This document shows, one piece after another, positions 16,900 to 26,452 of a stretch of DNA of 64,000 bases; within the stretch, counting starts at the first letter, position 1, and the number at the start of each line of letters is the position of its first letter. Below the pieces are notes generated by a model. It searched no databases. It had not been told where the DNA came from and saw only the letters and a program-made list of their open reading frames with translations. The DNA comes from Candidatus Nealsonbacteria bacterium (lineage in GTDB: Bacteria > Patescibacteriota > Minisyncoccia > Minisyncoccales > JBGOYX01), in contig CAWFZW010000004.1 in assembly GCA_963820485.1 (NCBI GenBank), positions 61,743 to 125,742 on the forward strand, given 5' to 3'. Both the position numbers and the translations under genes were made by a program.

Positions 16900-18937
16900 A
16901 AGTCCAACTAAAGCAAATACAATTCAAAAATTTTTAGGCCCTGACTATAAAATATTATCTTCTTATGGCCATATAAGAGATTTGCCAAAGGGTGAATTTG
17001 GAATTGATGTAGAAAATAATTTTGAGCCGAAATATGTCACTCCCATTAAGGCGAGAAAAACCATTCGGCTTTTAAACGAAGAATCAAAAAAAGCGCAACT
17101 GATAATATTGGCAACTGATGAAGACAGAGAAGGAGAAGCCATCGCTTGGCATTTATCTCAAGTTTTAAAATTAGACGGAGAAAATCCTTATCAAAGAATT
17201 GTTTTTCATGAAATTACAAAATCAGCCATTGAGGAAGCATTAAAAAATCCAAGAAAAATTGACGAAAATTTGGTTGACGCCCAGCAATCCAGAAGAATTT
17301 TGGACAGAATCGTCGGTTATAGATTATCGCCTTTTTTGTGGAAAAAAGTGGCTCGGGGTTTATCGGCAGGCAGAGTTCAGTCGGTAGCCGTAAGATTAGT
17401 TGTAGAACGGGAAAGAGAAATAGAAAAATTTAACCCTCAGGAATATTGGACGATTGAAACTCTATTCAAAAAACAAGAAAAAGAGTTTACCGCTTTATTA
17501 ATCAAAGAAGACGGTAAAATAATTCCGAAATTGGGAATTAAAACGGAAAAAGAGACAGAAAAAATTGTCAAAGATTTAAAAGGCGCAGCATATAAAGTAA
17601 TAAATATTGAAAAAAAAGAAACAAAAAGAAATCCCCTGCCGCCTTTCACTACCAGCACTTTACAACAAACAGCTTGGCAGAAATTTCGTTTTCCGGCAAA
17701 ACTGACAATGAGAATAGCCCAAAATCTTTACGAAAAAGGTTTTATTACCTATCACCGGACAGATTCTTTGAATTTGAGCGATTTATCTCTTTTTGCCGCT
17801 AAAAAATTTATTATCAGTCAATATGGCGAAAATTATTGGGCGGGGTTTTTAAGAAAATATAAAGCCAAAGGAAAAGTCCAAGAAGCTCATGAAGCAATAA
17901 GGCCCGCCTATCCGGACAAAGAACCATCTACTTTGCTTACTAAAGCTGCGACGGACAATGAAAAGTTGGACGAAAATCAGTTTCGGCTTTATGATTTAAT
18001 TTGGCGGAGATTTATTGCCTGCCAAATGAGTCAAGCTGTTTTTGATTCAACCGCTGTCGATATTTCGGCAAAAGATTATATTTTTCGAGCAACGGGACAG
18101 GTTTTAAAATTTGACGGATTTTTAAAGGTTTACCCGATTGGGCTTGAAGAAACAGAACTGCCTTTATTGGAAAAAGACGAAATTTTAGAATTAATAAAAA
18201 TTATTCCCTCCCAGCATTTTACTCAACCTCCACCCCGTTACAACGAGGCTACCTTAATTAAAACTTTGGAGGAAAATGGAATCGGCCGGCCCTCAACCTA
18301 TGCGCCAATTCTCTCTACTGTTCAAGAAAGAAATTATATTGAAAAAGATGAACAAAAAAGGTTTCGACCAACTGAAATTGGAATCGTGGTAAATGATATC
18401 TTGGTAAATCATTTCCCGGAAGTCGTTGATATCGGTTTTACCGCTCAAATGGAAGAAGATTTGGATGAGGTTGCCGAGGGCAGAAAAAAATATATTGAAG
18501 TAATAAAAGAATTTTATATTCCCTTTGATGAGCATCTGCAAAAGAAATATCAAGAGGTTTCAAAAAAGGAATTTACCGAAAAACCTACCGAAAAAACTTG
18601 TCCAAAATGCGGAGCTCCGCTTTTAATCCGGCTTGGCAGATACGGCCAATTTTATGCCTGCTCTAATTTTCCGAAATGTAAACATACTGAATCTTTAGAA
18701 AAAAATAATTTAGGAATAAAATGTCCGAAATGTGCTCAAGGAGAAGTTATGGAAAAAAGGACGAAAAAGAGAAAAATTTTTTATGGCTGTTCAAATTGGC
18801 CGGATTGTGATTTTGCTTCTTGGGATAAACCGACCGGCGAAATTTGTCCAAAATGCAAATCATTTTTGGTAAAAACAAACAGAGACCAAATAAAATGCCC
18901 CAATAAAAAATGCGATTACAAATTGACAAAAAGGTAA
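16880..18937 (+). CDS. topA: DNA topoisomerase I with C-terminal zinc ribbons
   Basis: Intact 685 aa. TOPRIM (LVIVESPTKA, ATDEDREGE), active-site region ITYHRTDS, and four CxxC...CxxC fingers at the C-terminus. Confidence 0.95.
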   Translation: MQLVIVESPTKANTIQKFLGPDYKILSSYGHIRDLPKGEFGIDVENNFEPKYVTPIKARKTIRLLNEESKKAQLIILATDEDREGEAIAWHLSQVLKLDGENPYQRIVFHEITKSAIEEALKNPRKIDENLVDAQQSRRILDRIVGYRLSPFLWKKVARGLSAGRVQSVAVRLVVEREREIEKFNPQEYWTIETLFKKQEKEFTALLIKEDGKIIPKLGIKTEKETEKIVKDLKGAAYKVINIEKKETKRNPLPPFTTSTLQQTAWQKFRFPAKLTMRIAQNLYEKGFITYHRTDSLNLSDLSLFAAKKFIISQYGENYWAGFLRKYKAKGKVQEAHEAIRPAYPDKEPSTLLTKAATDNEKLDENQFRLYDLIWRRFIACQMSQAVFDSTAVDISAKDYIFRATGQVLKFDGFLKVYPIGLEETELPLLEKDEILELIKIIPSQHFTQPPPRYNEATLIKTLEENGIGRPSTYAPILSTVQERNYIEKDEQKRFRPTEIGIVVNDILVNHFPEVVDIGFTAQMEEDLDEVAEGRKKYIEVIKEFYIPFDEHLQKKYQEVSKKEFTEKPTEKTCPKCGAPLLIRLGRYGQFYACSNFPKCKHTESLEKNNLGIKCPKCAQGEVMEKRTKKRKIFYGCSNWPDCDFASWDKPTGEICPKCKSFLVKTNRDQIKCPNKKCDYKLTKR

Positions 18938-18958
18938 ATTTTGATAATTTTTAATTGT

Positions 18959-19042
18959 GCCCGGGTGGCGGAATTGGTTTACGCGTACGACTCAAAATCG
19001 TATGAGAGCAATCTCGTGTGGGTTCGAGTCCCACCCCGGGCA
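18959..19042 (+). tRNA. tRNA-Leu (anticodon CAA), CCA not encoded
   Basis: Acceptor GCCCGGG/CCCGGGC. Anticodon arm TACGA-CTCAAAA-TCGTA. Long variable arm. T-arm GTGGG-TTCGAGT-CCCAC. Discriminator A. Confidence 0.9.
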
Positions 19043-19055
19043 CTATTCAATAAAA

Positions 19056-19085
19056 AGTGGCGGCGCATTGCGCCGCCACTTTTTT
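19056..19085. terminator. bidirectional intrinsic terminator between tRNA-Leu and the convergent membrane protein gene
   Basis: AGTGGCGGCGC-ATT-GCGCCGCCACT flanked by A- and T-runs. Confidence 0.75.
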
Positions 19086-19110
19086 AAAATATTAAATTTT
19101 TACTATTTTA

Positions 19111-19455
19111 CTATTTTTCAGTTTGTTTTTCTGAAAAATCACCTACTATAGGTAATTTAAACTTTTCCCCTTGGTATGTTTTAGCTATTAATATTAACCA
19201 AAGAATCAATCCAAATATCCATATAAGCGCGGCAAAAACTGCACCGATAAAAGGAATCACGCCAATTATCCAAGCAACTAACATTATTGGTAAAAATGTT
19301 GCCAAGGATTGCATTGCATGAAATCTGACAAATTTATTCTTTTTTTCAATGGCTAAAAAGACGATGCCCGTTACCCAACCTAAAACATAACATAATAAAC
19401 CTTCAATATTTTCATTTATACCTAAAGCTGTTTTAGTTTTTTGTTCTTTTTCCAT
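19111..19455 (-). CDS. DUF4870-like small membrane protein
   Basis: 114 aa. FHAMQSL motif between TM helices, typical of the family. Confidence 0.65.
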   Translation of the reverse strand: MEKEQKTKTALGINENIEGLLCYVLGWVTGIVFLAIEKKNKFVRFHAMQSLATFLPIMLVAWIIGVIPFIGAVFAALIWIFGLILWLILIAKTYQGEKFKLPIVGDFSEKQTEK

Positions 19456-19513
19456 AATCTATTGTCTTTTTTGATTTAACCGAAATTCGACCTTTTTAAT
19501 ATATTTTATCATC

Positions 19514-20038
19514 CTAATTTATCTTTTTTAATTTTGTTTTTGTCAATTTTAAAATTAACCAGCCGGAAAAAACGCCAACCAAAGCGCCAGCTATTATATC
19601 CAAAGGCCAATGTACTCCAACGAATACTCGAGAGATAGAAATTAAAAAACTGGCAATAAAAAAGAAAATACCGGCTCTCTTATTATATGAATAAATAACC
19701 GTTGACAAAGCAAAATAAAATGCGGCATGACCAGAAGGAAAAGAAGATTCATTTATTTTATTTAAAAGTAAATTGACATGATTTTCGACAAAAGGACGAG
19801 TCCTCGGAAAGAAATAACGAATCAATTCCACAATTCCGAATCTCGCCAAAATAGCTGCTAAAAAAGATTGAAAAATTAATTTCCATCCCGCCTTTTTATA
19901 AAAAAGTAGGATTAAAAAAATTAAAATTATCAAGAAATATTCAAAATACTTGGCAAAAAAGATCCCTATATTATCTAACCAAATCCATCTTCCAGCGAAT
20001 TGATTAATTTGTTGAAAAATATAAAAATCTATATTCAT
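19514..20038 (-). CDS. PAP2-family phosphatase (undecaprenyl-diphosphatase-like)
   Basis: 174 aa membrane protein with PAP2 motifs RTRPF, SFPSGHAA, SRVFVGVHWPLD. Confidence 0.85.
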   Translation of the reverse strand: MNIDFYIFQQINQFAGRWIWLDNIGIFFAKYFEYFLIILIFLILLFYKKAGWKLIFQSFLAAILARFGIVELIRYFFPRTRPFVENHVNLLLNKINESSFPSGHAAFYFALSTVIYSYNKRAGIFFFIASFLISISRVFVGVHWPLDIIAGALVGVFSGWLILKLTKTKLKKIN

Positions 20039-20888
20039 TTTTTTGATAGGAAGTCGAGGGCTTTCTTTTCTTTGAAAGTTTTACTAAATTTTCAAGTAAA
20101 CAGGCGACGGTCATGGGACCCACGCCGCCAGGGACTGGCGTAATAAAACTTGCTTTCTTGGAAACAAACTTAAAATTAACATCGCCTACTAACTTTCCTT
20201 TTTTTATACTTGTACCAGCGTCAATTACAATTACCCCGTTTTTAACCATATCGCTTTCAATTAAATTTGGTTTACCAACGCCCGAAATTAAAATATCGGC
20301 TTTTCTGGTAAAAAAGGGGGTATCTTTTGTAAATTCGTTTAAAACTGAAAGGGTGGCTTTTTCTTTTAAGAGTTGAATGGCTAAGGGAAAACCAACCAAT
20401 CTTCCCGCTCCCACAATAACAATGTTTTTACCTTTTAGTTTAATTTTATAATTTTTCAAAAGAAATAGAATTCCACTGACAGTGGGGGGTAAAATTTTAG
20501 AGTTCCCTGATAAAATTTCCCCAAGCTTTTTTCTGATAAAACATCAATATCTTTTTCTGGCGGAATTAAATTTAAAATCTCTTGGGTATCAAATTTTTTC
20601 GGAAGAGGTAATTGGATTATTATCCCTGAATTATCAAAGTTTTTAATTATTCTTTTAATTCTTTCTTTTATTTTTTTAGAGCTAATTTTTTCCGAAAATT
20701 TAAATAACTTAAAATCAATGCCTATTTTTTCACAAGCTTTTCTTTTCTGTTTTATAAAAATTTTAGAAACTGGATTATCTCCAACCAAAACCGCCGCTAA
20801 TCCTAACTTTAAATGGCGTTTTTTAATCTCATTTTTAAGTTCCGTCTAAAATATTCTCTGATAATTTTTTACCATCAAGAATTATCAT
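20004..20888 (-). CDS. folD: bifunctional methylenetetrahydrofolate dehydrogenase/cyclohydrolase (2-3 frameshifts)
   Basis: ATG at 20888 overlaps the glyA stop (ATGA). MIILDGKKLSE, then fragments 20456..20788 and 20004..20459 (VIVGAGRLVGFPLA, TPVPGGVGPMTVA). Confidence 0.85.
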
Positions 20889-22114
20889 GGAATGGGAAAT
20901 TTTTTACAGAGTTTTTTAACTTCTGTCTTTATTTTTTTTACTGAAGCTGGATTAGAAATTACTTCATTTATCAAAGAAGCAATTTTTTTCATTTCTCTTT
21001 CTCTCATGCCTCTGGTAGTTAAAGCAGGTGTCCCCAATCTAATACCAGAAGGATTATAGGGTGGTCTCTTATCATAAGGAATAGCGTTTTTATTTAAAAC
21101 AATTCCTGCTTTTTCAAGAATAATTTGGGCTTCTTTGCCAGTGATATTTTTATTAGTTAAATCAACTAAAATCACATGATTATCGCTTCCACCGGAAACT
21201 AATTCAAATCCGTATTTTTTAAGTTCTTCAGCTAAAGCTTTCGTATTTTTTATAATTTGCTTGGCATATTTTTTAAACTTTAGAGTCATTGCTTCTTTTA
21301 AGGCAACGCCAATAGCGGCTATTGTATGATTATGAGGACCGCCTTGTAGTCCCGGAAAAACTTTTGGGAAAATTTTATCTCTTAATTCTTCCCGGCAAAT
21401 AATAATTGCTCCCCGTGGCCCCCTTAAGCTTTTATGAGTAGTGGTCATTACTACATCAGCAAAGGGAAAGGGGCTTGGATTGCTTTCCCCTACTACCAAG
21501 CCTGCAATATGAGATATGTCTGCCAAAAGATAAGCTTTGACTTTTTTAGCGATTTGGCTGAATTTTTTAAAATCAATTTTTCTCGGATAGGCGGTATAAC
21601 CCGCAATAATCAATTTTGGTTTTTCTTTTTTTGCTATTTTTTCAATTTCTTTATAATCTAAAAATCCTTCTTTGTTTAAAAAATAATTAACCACTTTGAA
21701 ATCCTGTCCAGAAAGAGAAACCGAAGCCCCGTGGGTCAAATGTCCTCCATGTGAGAGAGGTAAGGTTAGAATTTTGTCGCCAGTTTTTAAAAGTCCTCTT
21801 AATACGGCATAATTTGCCGGACTGCCAGAATACGGTTGAACATTAACCGCCCATTTTTTAGGATTAAGTTTGAAAATTTTTTTTACCCTTTCTTCAACCA
21901 ATGTCTCTAAGTTATCAACATTAACCTGACCAGCATAATATCTTTTATATGGCCTGCCCTCAGAGTATTTAGAAACAAAAAGAGAGCTGAGCGCTTCCCG
22001 TACGGCTTTTGATGGATAGTTTTCTGAAGCAATTAAATTCAGAGTCTCTTTTTGGCGACTATTTTCTTTTTCAATCAGTTCAAAAATTTTAGGGTCAGTT
22101 TTTCTTAGAGACAT
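20885..22114 (-). CDS. glyA: serine hydroxymethyltransferase
   Basis: Intact 409 aa. PLP lysine region TTTHKSLRGPRG. Confidence 0.95.
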   Translation of the reverse strand: MSLRKTDPKIFELIEKENSRQKETLNLIASENYPSKAVREALSSLFVSKYSEGRPYKRYYAGQVNVDNLETLVEERVKKIFKLNPKKWAVNVQPYSGSPANYAVLRGLLKTGDKILTLPLSHGGHLTHGASVSLSGQDFKVVNYFLNKEGFLDYKEIEKIAKKEKPKLIIAGYTAYPRKIDFKKFSQIAKKVKAYLLADISHIAGLVVGESNPSPFPFADVVMTTTHKSLRGPRGAIIICREELRDKIFPKVFPGLQGGPHNHTIAAIGVALKEAMTLKFKKYAKQIIKNTKALAEELKKYGFELVSGGSDNHVILVDLTNKNITGKEAQIILEKAGIVLNKNAIPYDKRPPYNPSGIRLGTPALTTRGMREREMKKIASLINEVISNPASVKKIKTEVKKLCKKFPIP

Positions 22115-22116
22115 GT

Positions 22117-23161
22117 TTATATTCTTAGATTAGCATTAGCTTTTATTTTTTTCCAGTTTTTTGTAGCTTCTTTCCGATGAAAATATGCTGTTATCGCAAT
22201 CATGGCCGCATTGTCGGTGCAAAATTTAGAATCTGGAATTAGAATTTGGAATTTGGCATTTCTTTTTTAACCTTTTCTCCAAATTGCTTTCTTAATTCAT
22301 CGTTGGCAGTCACGCCGCCCCCTAAAATTATTGATTTTACTCTATAATCTTTGGCAGCTTTTAGGGTTTTATGGATTAAAACATCAATAATCGACTGCTG
22401 AACTTCTTTTGAAATTTCTCCGATGTATTCTTTAGCTTTTCTAACTTTTGGCGGCCTATTTTTAAAATCATATAAGACGGCTGTCTTCAAACCGGAAAAA
22501 CTGAAATCGTAATTTTTCTGATATATCATCGGTCGGGGTAATTTTATTTGAAATTTGGATTTTTGTCCGTTAACTGGTGGATTAAATTTTTCCGCCTGCC
22601 TATCAATAATTGGTCCTCCGGGATACCCCAATCCTAAAATTCTGGCAACTTTGTCAAAACATTCGCCAGCCGCATCATCGCGAGTTTCGCCTAATTAATT
22701 TATACCTGCCGACATCTCGCATTAAAATTAATTGAGTGTGCCCACCACTCACAACAAGACATATGGCGGGAAAACAATTTTTAATTTCTTCGTCAATAAA
22801 ATTGGCGAGTAATGTGTGCTTCAATGTGATTTACCGGAATTATTGGTTTTTTAAGCTTTTCAGCCAATTCAATTGCGAAATTTATCCCCTGCCACAAGCA
22901 AGGCTCTAATCCCGGACCTGCAGTTACTCCAATTAAATCAATTTTTGAGATATCAATTCCCTTGGTGGCTTTTTTGAAAACAACTGGTAAATTTCTCTGA
23001 TGTTCTCTTTTGGCCAAAAAAGGATAAACTCCACCGTATTTTGCGTGGAGTTTAACCTGTGAAGAAATAATATTAGAAATAAGATTAAATTTTTTATTTT
23101 TCACTTCTAAGACGCTGATACAAGTATCGTCGCAAGAAGTATCAATACTAAGAATTATCAT
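22117..23161 (-). CDS. tsaD: tRNA N6-adenosine threonylcarbamoyltransferase TsaD (several frameshifts)
   Basis: Fragments 22793..23161 (ILSIDTSCDDTCISV, VNHIEAH) and 22239..22631, plus a hand-translated C-terminus IPDSKFCTDNAAMIA ending at 22117. Confidence 0.85.
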
Positions 23162-23745
23162 GGTCGTAAGACTTTAGGCGGATTAGTTGTTAAATCAATA
23201 AGTTTTGATTGTTTATTCTCTAATACACCTCCATCAATTATTAAAGTTGGCTTATTTTTCTTCTTATCAAACATTTCCAGCGCCTCTTTAATATTAATTA
23301 CAGGAGGTTCTCTGGAAATATTCGCTGATGTTTGAACTAATGGAAAATCCAATTTTTCTAATAGAATTTTAAGAAATTTGTATTTTGGAATTCTCAGGGC
23401 AATTGTTTTTTTATCAACTCCGTATAGTTTTTTATTACCTTTTCGTCTTAATCTAATCGTTACTTTACCTGGCCAAACTTTTCTTAAAAATTTTTCTTGG
23501 TTTTGGTTAATTTTAGCTATTCTTTTTGCCATTTTTATATCTTTTACAAAAATCGGAATGGGTTTTTTGAAAGAACGTTTTTTAATTTGGAAAATTTTCT
23601 TTACTGCCTTTTTATTGGTAGCATCGGCTATTAATCCATAAACGGTATCAGTCGGACAGATTAAAATCTTGCCTTCTTTAATTGATTTTCCTGCTATTTT
23701 AGTTATTTTCCCAAAATTTTTTTTCGTAAGTTTAAAAATCTCCAT
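23158..23745 (-). CDS. tsaC: L-threonylcarbamoyladenylate synthase (TsaC/YrdC/Sua5 family)
   Basis: 195 aa. ILICPTDTVYGLIADA. Adjacent to tsaD. Confidence 0.85.
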   Translation of the reverse strand: MEIFKLTKKNFGKITKIAGKSIKEGKILICPTDTVYGLIADATNKKAVKKIFQIKKRSFKKPIPIFVKDIKMAKRIAKINQNQEKFLRKVWPGKVTIRLRRKGNKKLYGVDKKTIALRIPKYKFLKILLEKLDFPLVQTSANISREPPVINIKEALEMFDKKKNKPTLIIDGGVLENKQSKLIDLTTNPPKVLRP

Positions 23746-23787
23746 ATTTTTATTTTATCATTTTTAAAGTTTGAATTAAATAAAAAA

Positions 23788-23811
23788 GGCTGGCGACTGT
23801 AAGCCGCCAGC
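23788..23811 (-). terminator. intrinsic terminator after the 23826..24341 gene
   Basis: GCTGGCGGCTTACAGTCGCCAGC followed by CTTTTTTATTT on the minus strand. Confidence 0.7.
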
Positions 23812-23825
23812 TGTCGAAAAAAACG

Positions 23826-24341
23826 TTAGTGGCCGCATCCGCAAGAAGGAGACCACTGAGGAGAATGAAAATCACAGGACGGAGGATCCGGCCAGCCATC
23901 TTGCCTATGAGTACTGTACCACATCCACCAGCAGTTCCGGCATTCCGCCCAACTACCTAACTGGGAATAATTTTCCGCTAAGAATTTCTGAATGGTATCA
24001 TTTATCCCTAGTTGATAACCCTCATTTTTTCCATCATTCTCACCGACGGCATAACCTCGATTATATCCCTGGTCTTCACCTTCGGCCTTACCGCGTTGAT
24101 AACCTTCGCTGTCACCAACTTTCTTTCCTGCGGCAAACCCCAATACCTTTCCTTCTTCTAATCCGGCTCTATGGCCCGTCTTCTCGCCGTTTTCATTGCC
24201 CTGCTCATAGCCTTCGGAGTGTCCTCGCGCATATCCTTGAGCATCTCCCTGCTTTTCACCAAAATACAAACCAACAACAAAAGAAGCAACCACGGCGACG
24301 ATTATACAACACGTTGTTATAGCAACTTTCCATGGTTCCAT
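23826..24341 (-). CDS. membrane-anchored protein with (E/D)GY-x-x-G repeats and a Trp/Cys-rich tail; G+C-rich relative to its neighbours
   Basis: 171 aa. SD GGGAGGTGA 6 nt before the ATG. TM anchor, 11-residue-like repeats (GYARGHSEGYEQGNENGEKTGHRAGLEEG...), and C-terminus CRNCWWMWY...SCGCGH. Confidence 0.7.
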   Translation of the reverse strand: MEPWKVAITTCCIIVAVVASFVVGLYFGEKQGDAQGYARGHSEGYEQGNENGEKTGHRAGLEEGKVLGFAAGKKVGDSEGYQRGKAEGEDQGYNRGYAVGENDGKNEGYQLGINDTIQKFLAENYSQLGSWAECRNCWWMWYSTHRQDGWPDPPSCDFHSPQWSPSCGCGH

Positions 24342-24429
24342 TTTATGTCACCTCCCTTTCTTTTTTTTGTTTTTTTTAAGTTGTTCAAGAACTAAATAAA
24401 TTATTAATCACCTCCTTTGAAAACTAATA

Positions 24430-24457
24430 TATCATACCAAATGAAAGTTTTTTGTCA
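24430..24457 (-). promoter_or_regulatory. promoter (TTGACA-16-TATGAT with a TG extension) for the 23826..24341 gene
   Basis: Plus-strand atcata at 24430-24435 and tgtcaa at 24452-24457. Confidence 0.55.
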
Positions 24458-24473
24458 AGAGCGGGCCTACAAA

Positions 24474-25135
24474 TAAAAAACGGTCCGCACAAGAGGTGGA
24501 ACCGTTCGAGGAGGTGAGGCCTTGGGTAGTGGCGCAAGCGCCACTACCCAAACCAATAAATCGGCTTAATCGGGCTGTGCCTTTTAACCCTACTTATCTT
24601 CTTCGGGCTTTTTCATAGGCTTCCCTGCTGTGGAGCTTTATAGTCCCACCTTGAGCCGGTTTACCAAGTCGGCAGTTACGAGGCTACGACGTGAACCACT
24701 TCTGCCGAAGCCAGAAAGATACAATCATATATCACATCACCTCCCTTAGAAAAGAACCATGTGGGGTAGCCCATGACTACACAACTACCCTGCCACCCAA
24801 CGAGCGGAGGACTACCCCTGAAATGTAATGTAATGTGCTGTAATGACGGGGAGCCTCAATTTTGCTCTCGCCTCTTCCTCACTCCTTCTCTAATGAGCTC
24901 AGAGCGCTCCAGCCGTGTGATGGTGGCACAATGGGATTGTGCAGCAACTAGGCATAGTGCCTAGAGCTAGGCATGGTGCCTAGACAGAGTCGGTGTGCGC
25001 TACACGAGGTAGTTGCCGGACTTCTAATGCCAACCATACTGCTCTACTTATCCTCCTCCTTTTTTGAAAAAAGGAAACCAACCGACCTTGGTTTGGCTAA
25101 TGGTTTTTACCCATTATTCCTTCTTTCTTTTTAAT
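24474..25135 (-). ncRNA. candidate large (~660 nt) structured non-coding RNA, family unassigned
   Basis: Markedly more G+C-rich than the flanks, with stops in all six frames. Many perfect hairpins, including UUCG-looped CTGGC-TTCG-GCAG, a 14 bp stem TTGGGTAGTGGCGC/GCGCCACTACCCAA, and twin hairpins CTAGGCA-NNN-TGCCTAG. Own promoter at 25142-25169 and a terminator hairpin + T-run at 24474-24504. Confidence 0.5.
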
Positions 25136-25141
25136 TAATAA

Positions 25142-25169
25142 ATCCTATCAAAAATAAAAACCCTGTCAA
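25142..25169 (-). promoter_or_regulatory. promoter (TTGACA-16-TAGGAT) upstream of the candidate large RNA
   Basis: Plus-strand atccta at 25142-25147 and tgtcaa at 25164-25169. Confidence 0.45.
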
Positions 25170-25198
25170 TAATGGAAATTTCACCACAGGATTAATTT

Positions 25199-26452
25199 TT
25201 ACTTCTTTTTTATAATTCCTTCAAATTTTGTCAAAAAATCAATATTATCTTCAATATTTTCAAAAACAACCGTATTGGGACCAATATTACAATTATTTCC
25301 AATTAAAACCCCGGGCATCAAAGAGCAATTTATACCGGTTCTGGAATTTTCTCCCATAACCACCCCTAAAGAATCCAGACCTGTACCGATTTTTTCTCCC
25401 TTAACAATTGATTTTATCTCTCCCCTGTCAATTCTAACATTGGCAGTTATTGTTCCCGCTCCTATTCTGCAACCTTTACCGAAAATTGAATCGCCAAAAT
25501 AACCGGAATGAGTGTGAACATCTTCTTGAAAAATACATCTTGTTACTTCGGCTAAAGCACCGATTAAACTATTTTGTTCCAAATTGGTGTAATCTCTGAC
25601 CAAAGAATTATTCCCGATAACACAGTTATCGCCAATATAACAAGGTCCTTTAATTACTGCTCCTTCATAAATTTTTGCGTTTTCGCCGATAAAAACCTTA
25701 CCTTCAATGATGACGTTTTTTGAAATTCTGGCGGTTTTGGCAATTTTACCTTCTAAGTATTTGTCCATTAAATATTTTGTTACTTCAAATAAATGCCAAG
25801 GATATTTAAAGGCCAAAGTTTTTTCCTTGATAATTACAACTCTCACATCTTTTTCTCTCATATAAAGAGATAGGACGTCCTCAAAGGCATACATATGCTC
25901 TGGAACTCTTTGGTAATAATCTAAAAATTCTTTCGGCAAAAAGTAAATTCCAACAACTTTTATATTTGACGCCTCTTTCCCCTTTTCCGGTTTTTCAATC
26001 AGATTTTTTGCCTTATCTCCTTCTAAATCTAAAATTCCAAAAAGCGAAGGATTTTCAGTTTCAGCCCCCAGTAAAACCATTTTCGCTCCCGAAGATTTTT
26101 GTTTCTCTAAAATAGATTTAATATAATCCTTAACGTCAAATCTTTCGGCATTCAAAACAAAAAATTGGTCCTGTAAAACATTTCTTGCCTGAAAAAGAGC
26201 GTTTCCCATCCCTTTTGGTTCTTCCTGAATCACATATTTAATATCAATCCCTAAATTATAATGCTTCAATTCTTCTTCAACATCTTTTTTGGGCCCCTGA
26301 ACAACAATAATATCTTTAATCCCGGCCCTTTTTAAGCTTTCAATTGTATACCAAATCAAAGGCCTCCCCATTATTTTCAGAAGGGATTTATGCTTTATGT
26401 TTAATGGCCAGAAGCGAGATGACTCGCCTGCTGCTAAAATTAATGTTTGCAT
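25199..26452 (-). CDS. sugar-1-phosphate nucleotidyltransferase with a C-terminal left-handed beta-helix acyltransferase domain (GlmU-like)
   Basis: Intact 417 aa. N-terminal [13 protein letters not shown]...K nucleotidyltransferase signature. C-terminal hexapeptide repeats ([13 protein letters not shown]...). Confidence 0.8.
   Translation of the reverse strand: MQTLILAAGESSRFWPLNIKHKSLLKIMGRPLIWYTIESLKRAGIKDIIVVQGPKKDVEEELKHYNLGIDIKYVIQEEPKGMGNALFQARNVLQDQFFVLNAERFDVKDYIKSILEKQKSSGAKMVLLGAETENPSLFGILDLEGDKAKNLIEKPEKGKEASNIKVVGIYFLPKEFLDYYQRVPEHMYAFEDVLSLYMREKDVRVVIIKEKTLAFKYPWHLFEVTKYLMDKYLEGKIAKTARISKNVIIEGKVFIGENAKIYEGAVIKGPCYIGDNCVIGNNSLVRDYTNLEQNSLIGALAEVTRCIFQEDVHTHSGYFGDSIFGKGCRIGAGTITANVRIDRGEIKSIVKGEKIGTGLDSLGVVMGENSRTGINCSLMPGVLIGNNCNIGPNTVVFENIEDNIDFLTKFEGIIKKK

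Noticed and set aside
24474-25135. RNase P RNA, or a decayed protein-coding gene.
   Set aside because: GAAGTCCGGC near 25020 resembles the P4 5' strand, and AAACCGGCT near 24655 resembles its partner. However, about 170 nt follow the latter (about 25 nt would be expected), and the GGUAAGAGC and ACAGAA..GGCUUA signatures are absent. Stops are dense in all frames, and ORF 24773..24964 has no SD and an odd composition. The family is left unassigned.
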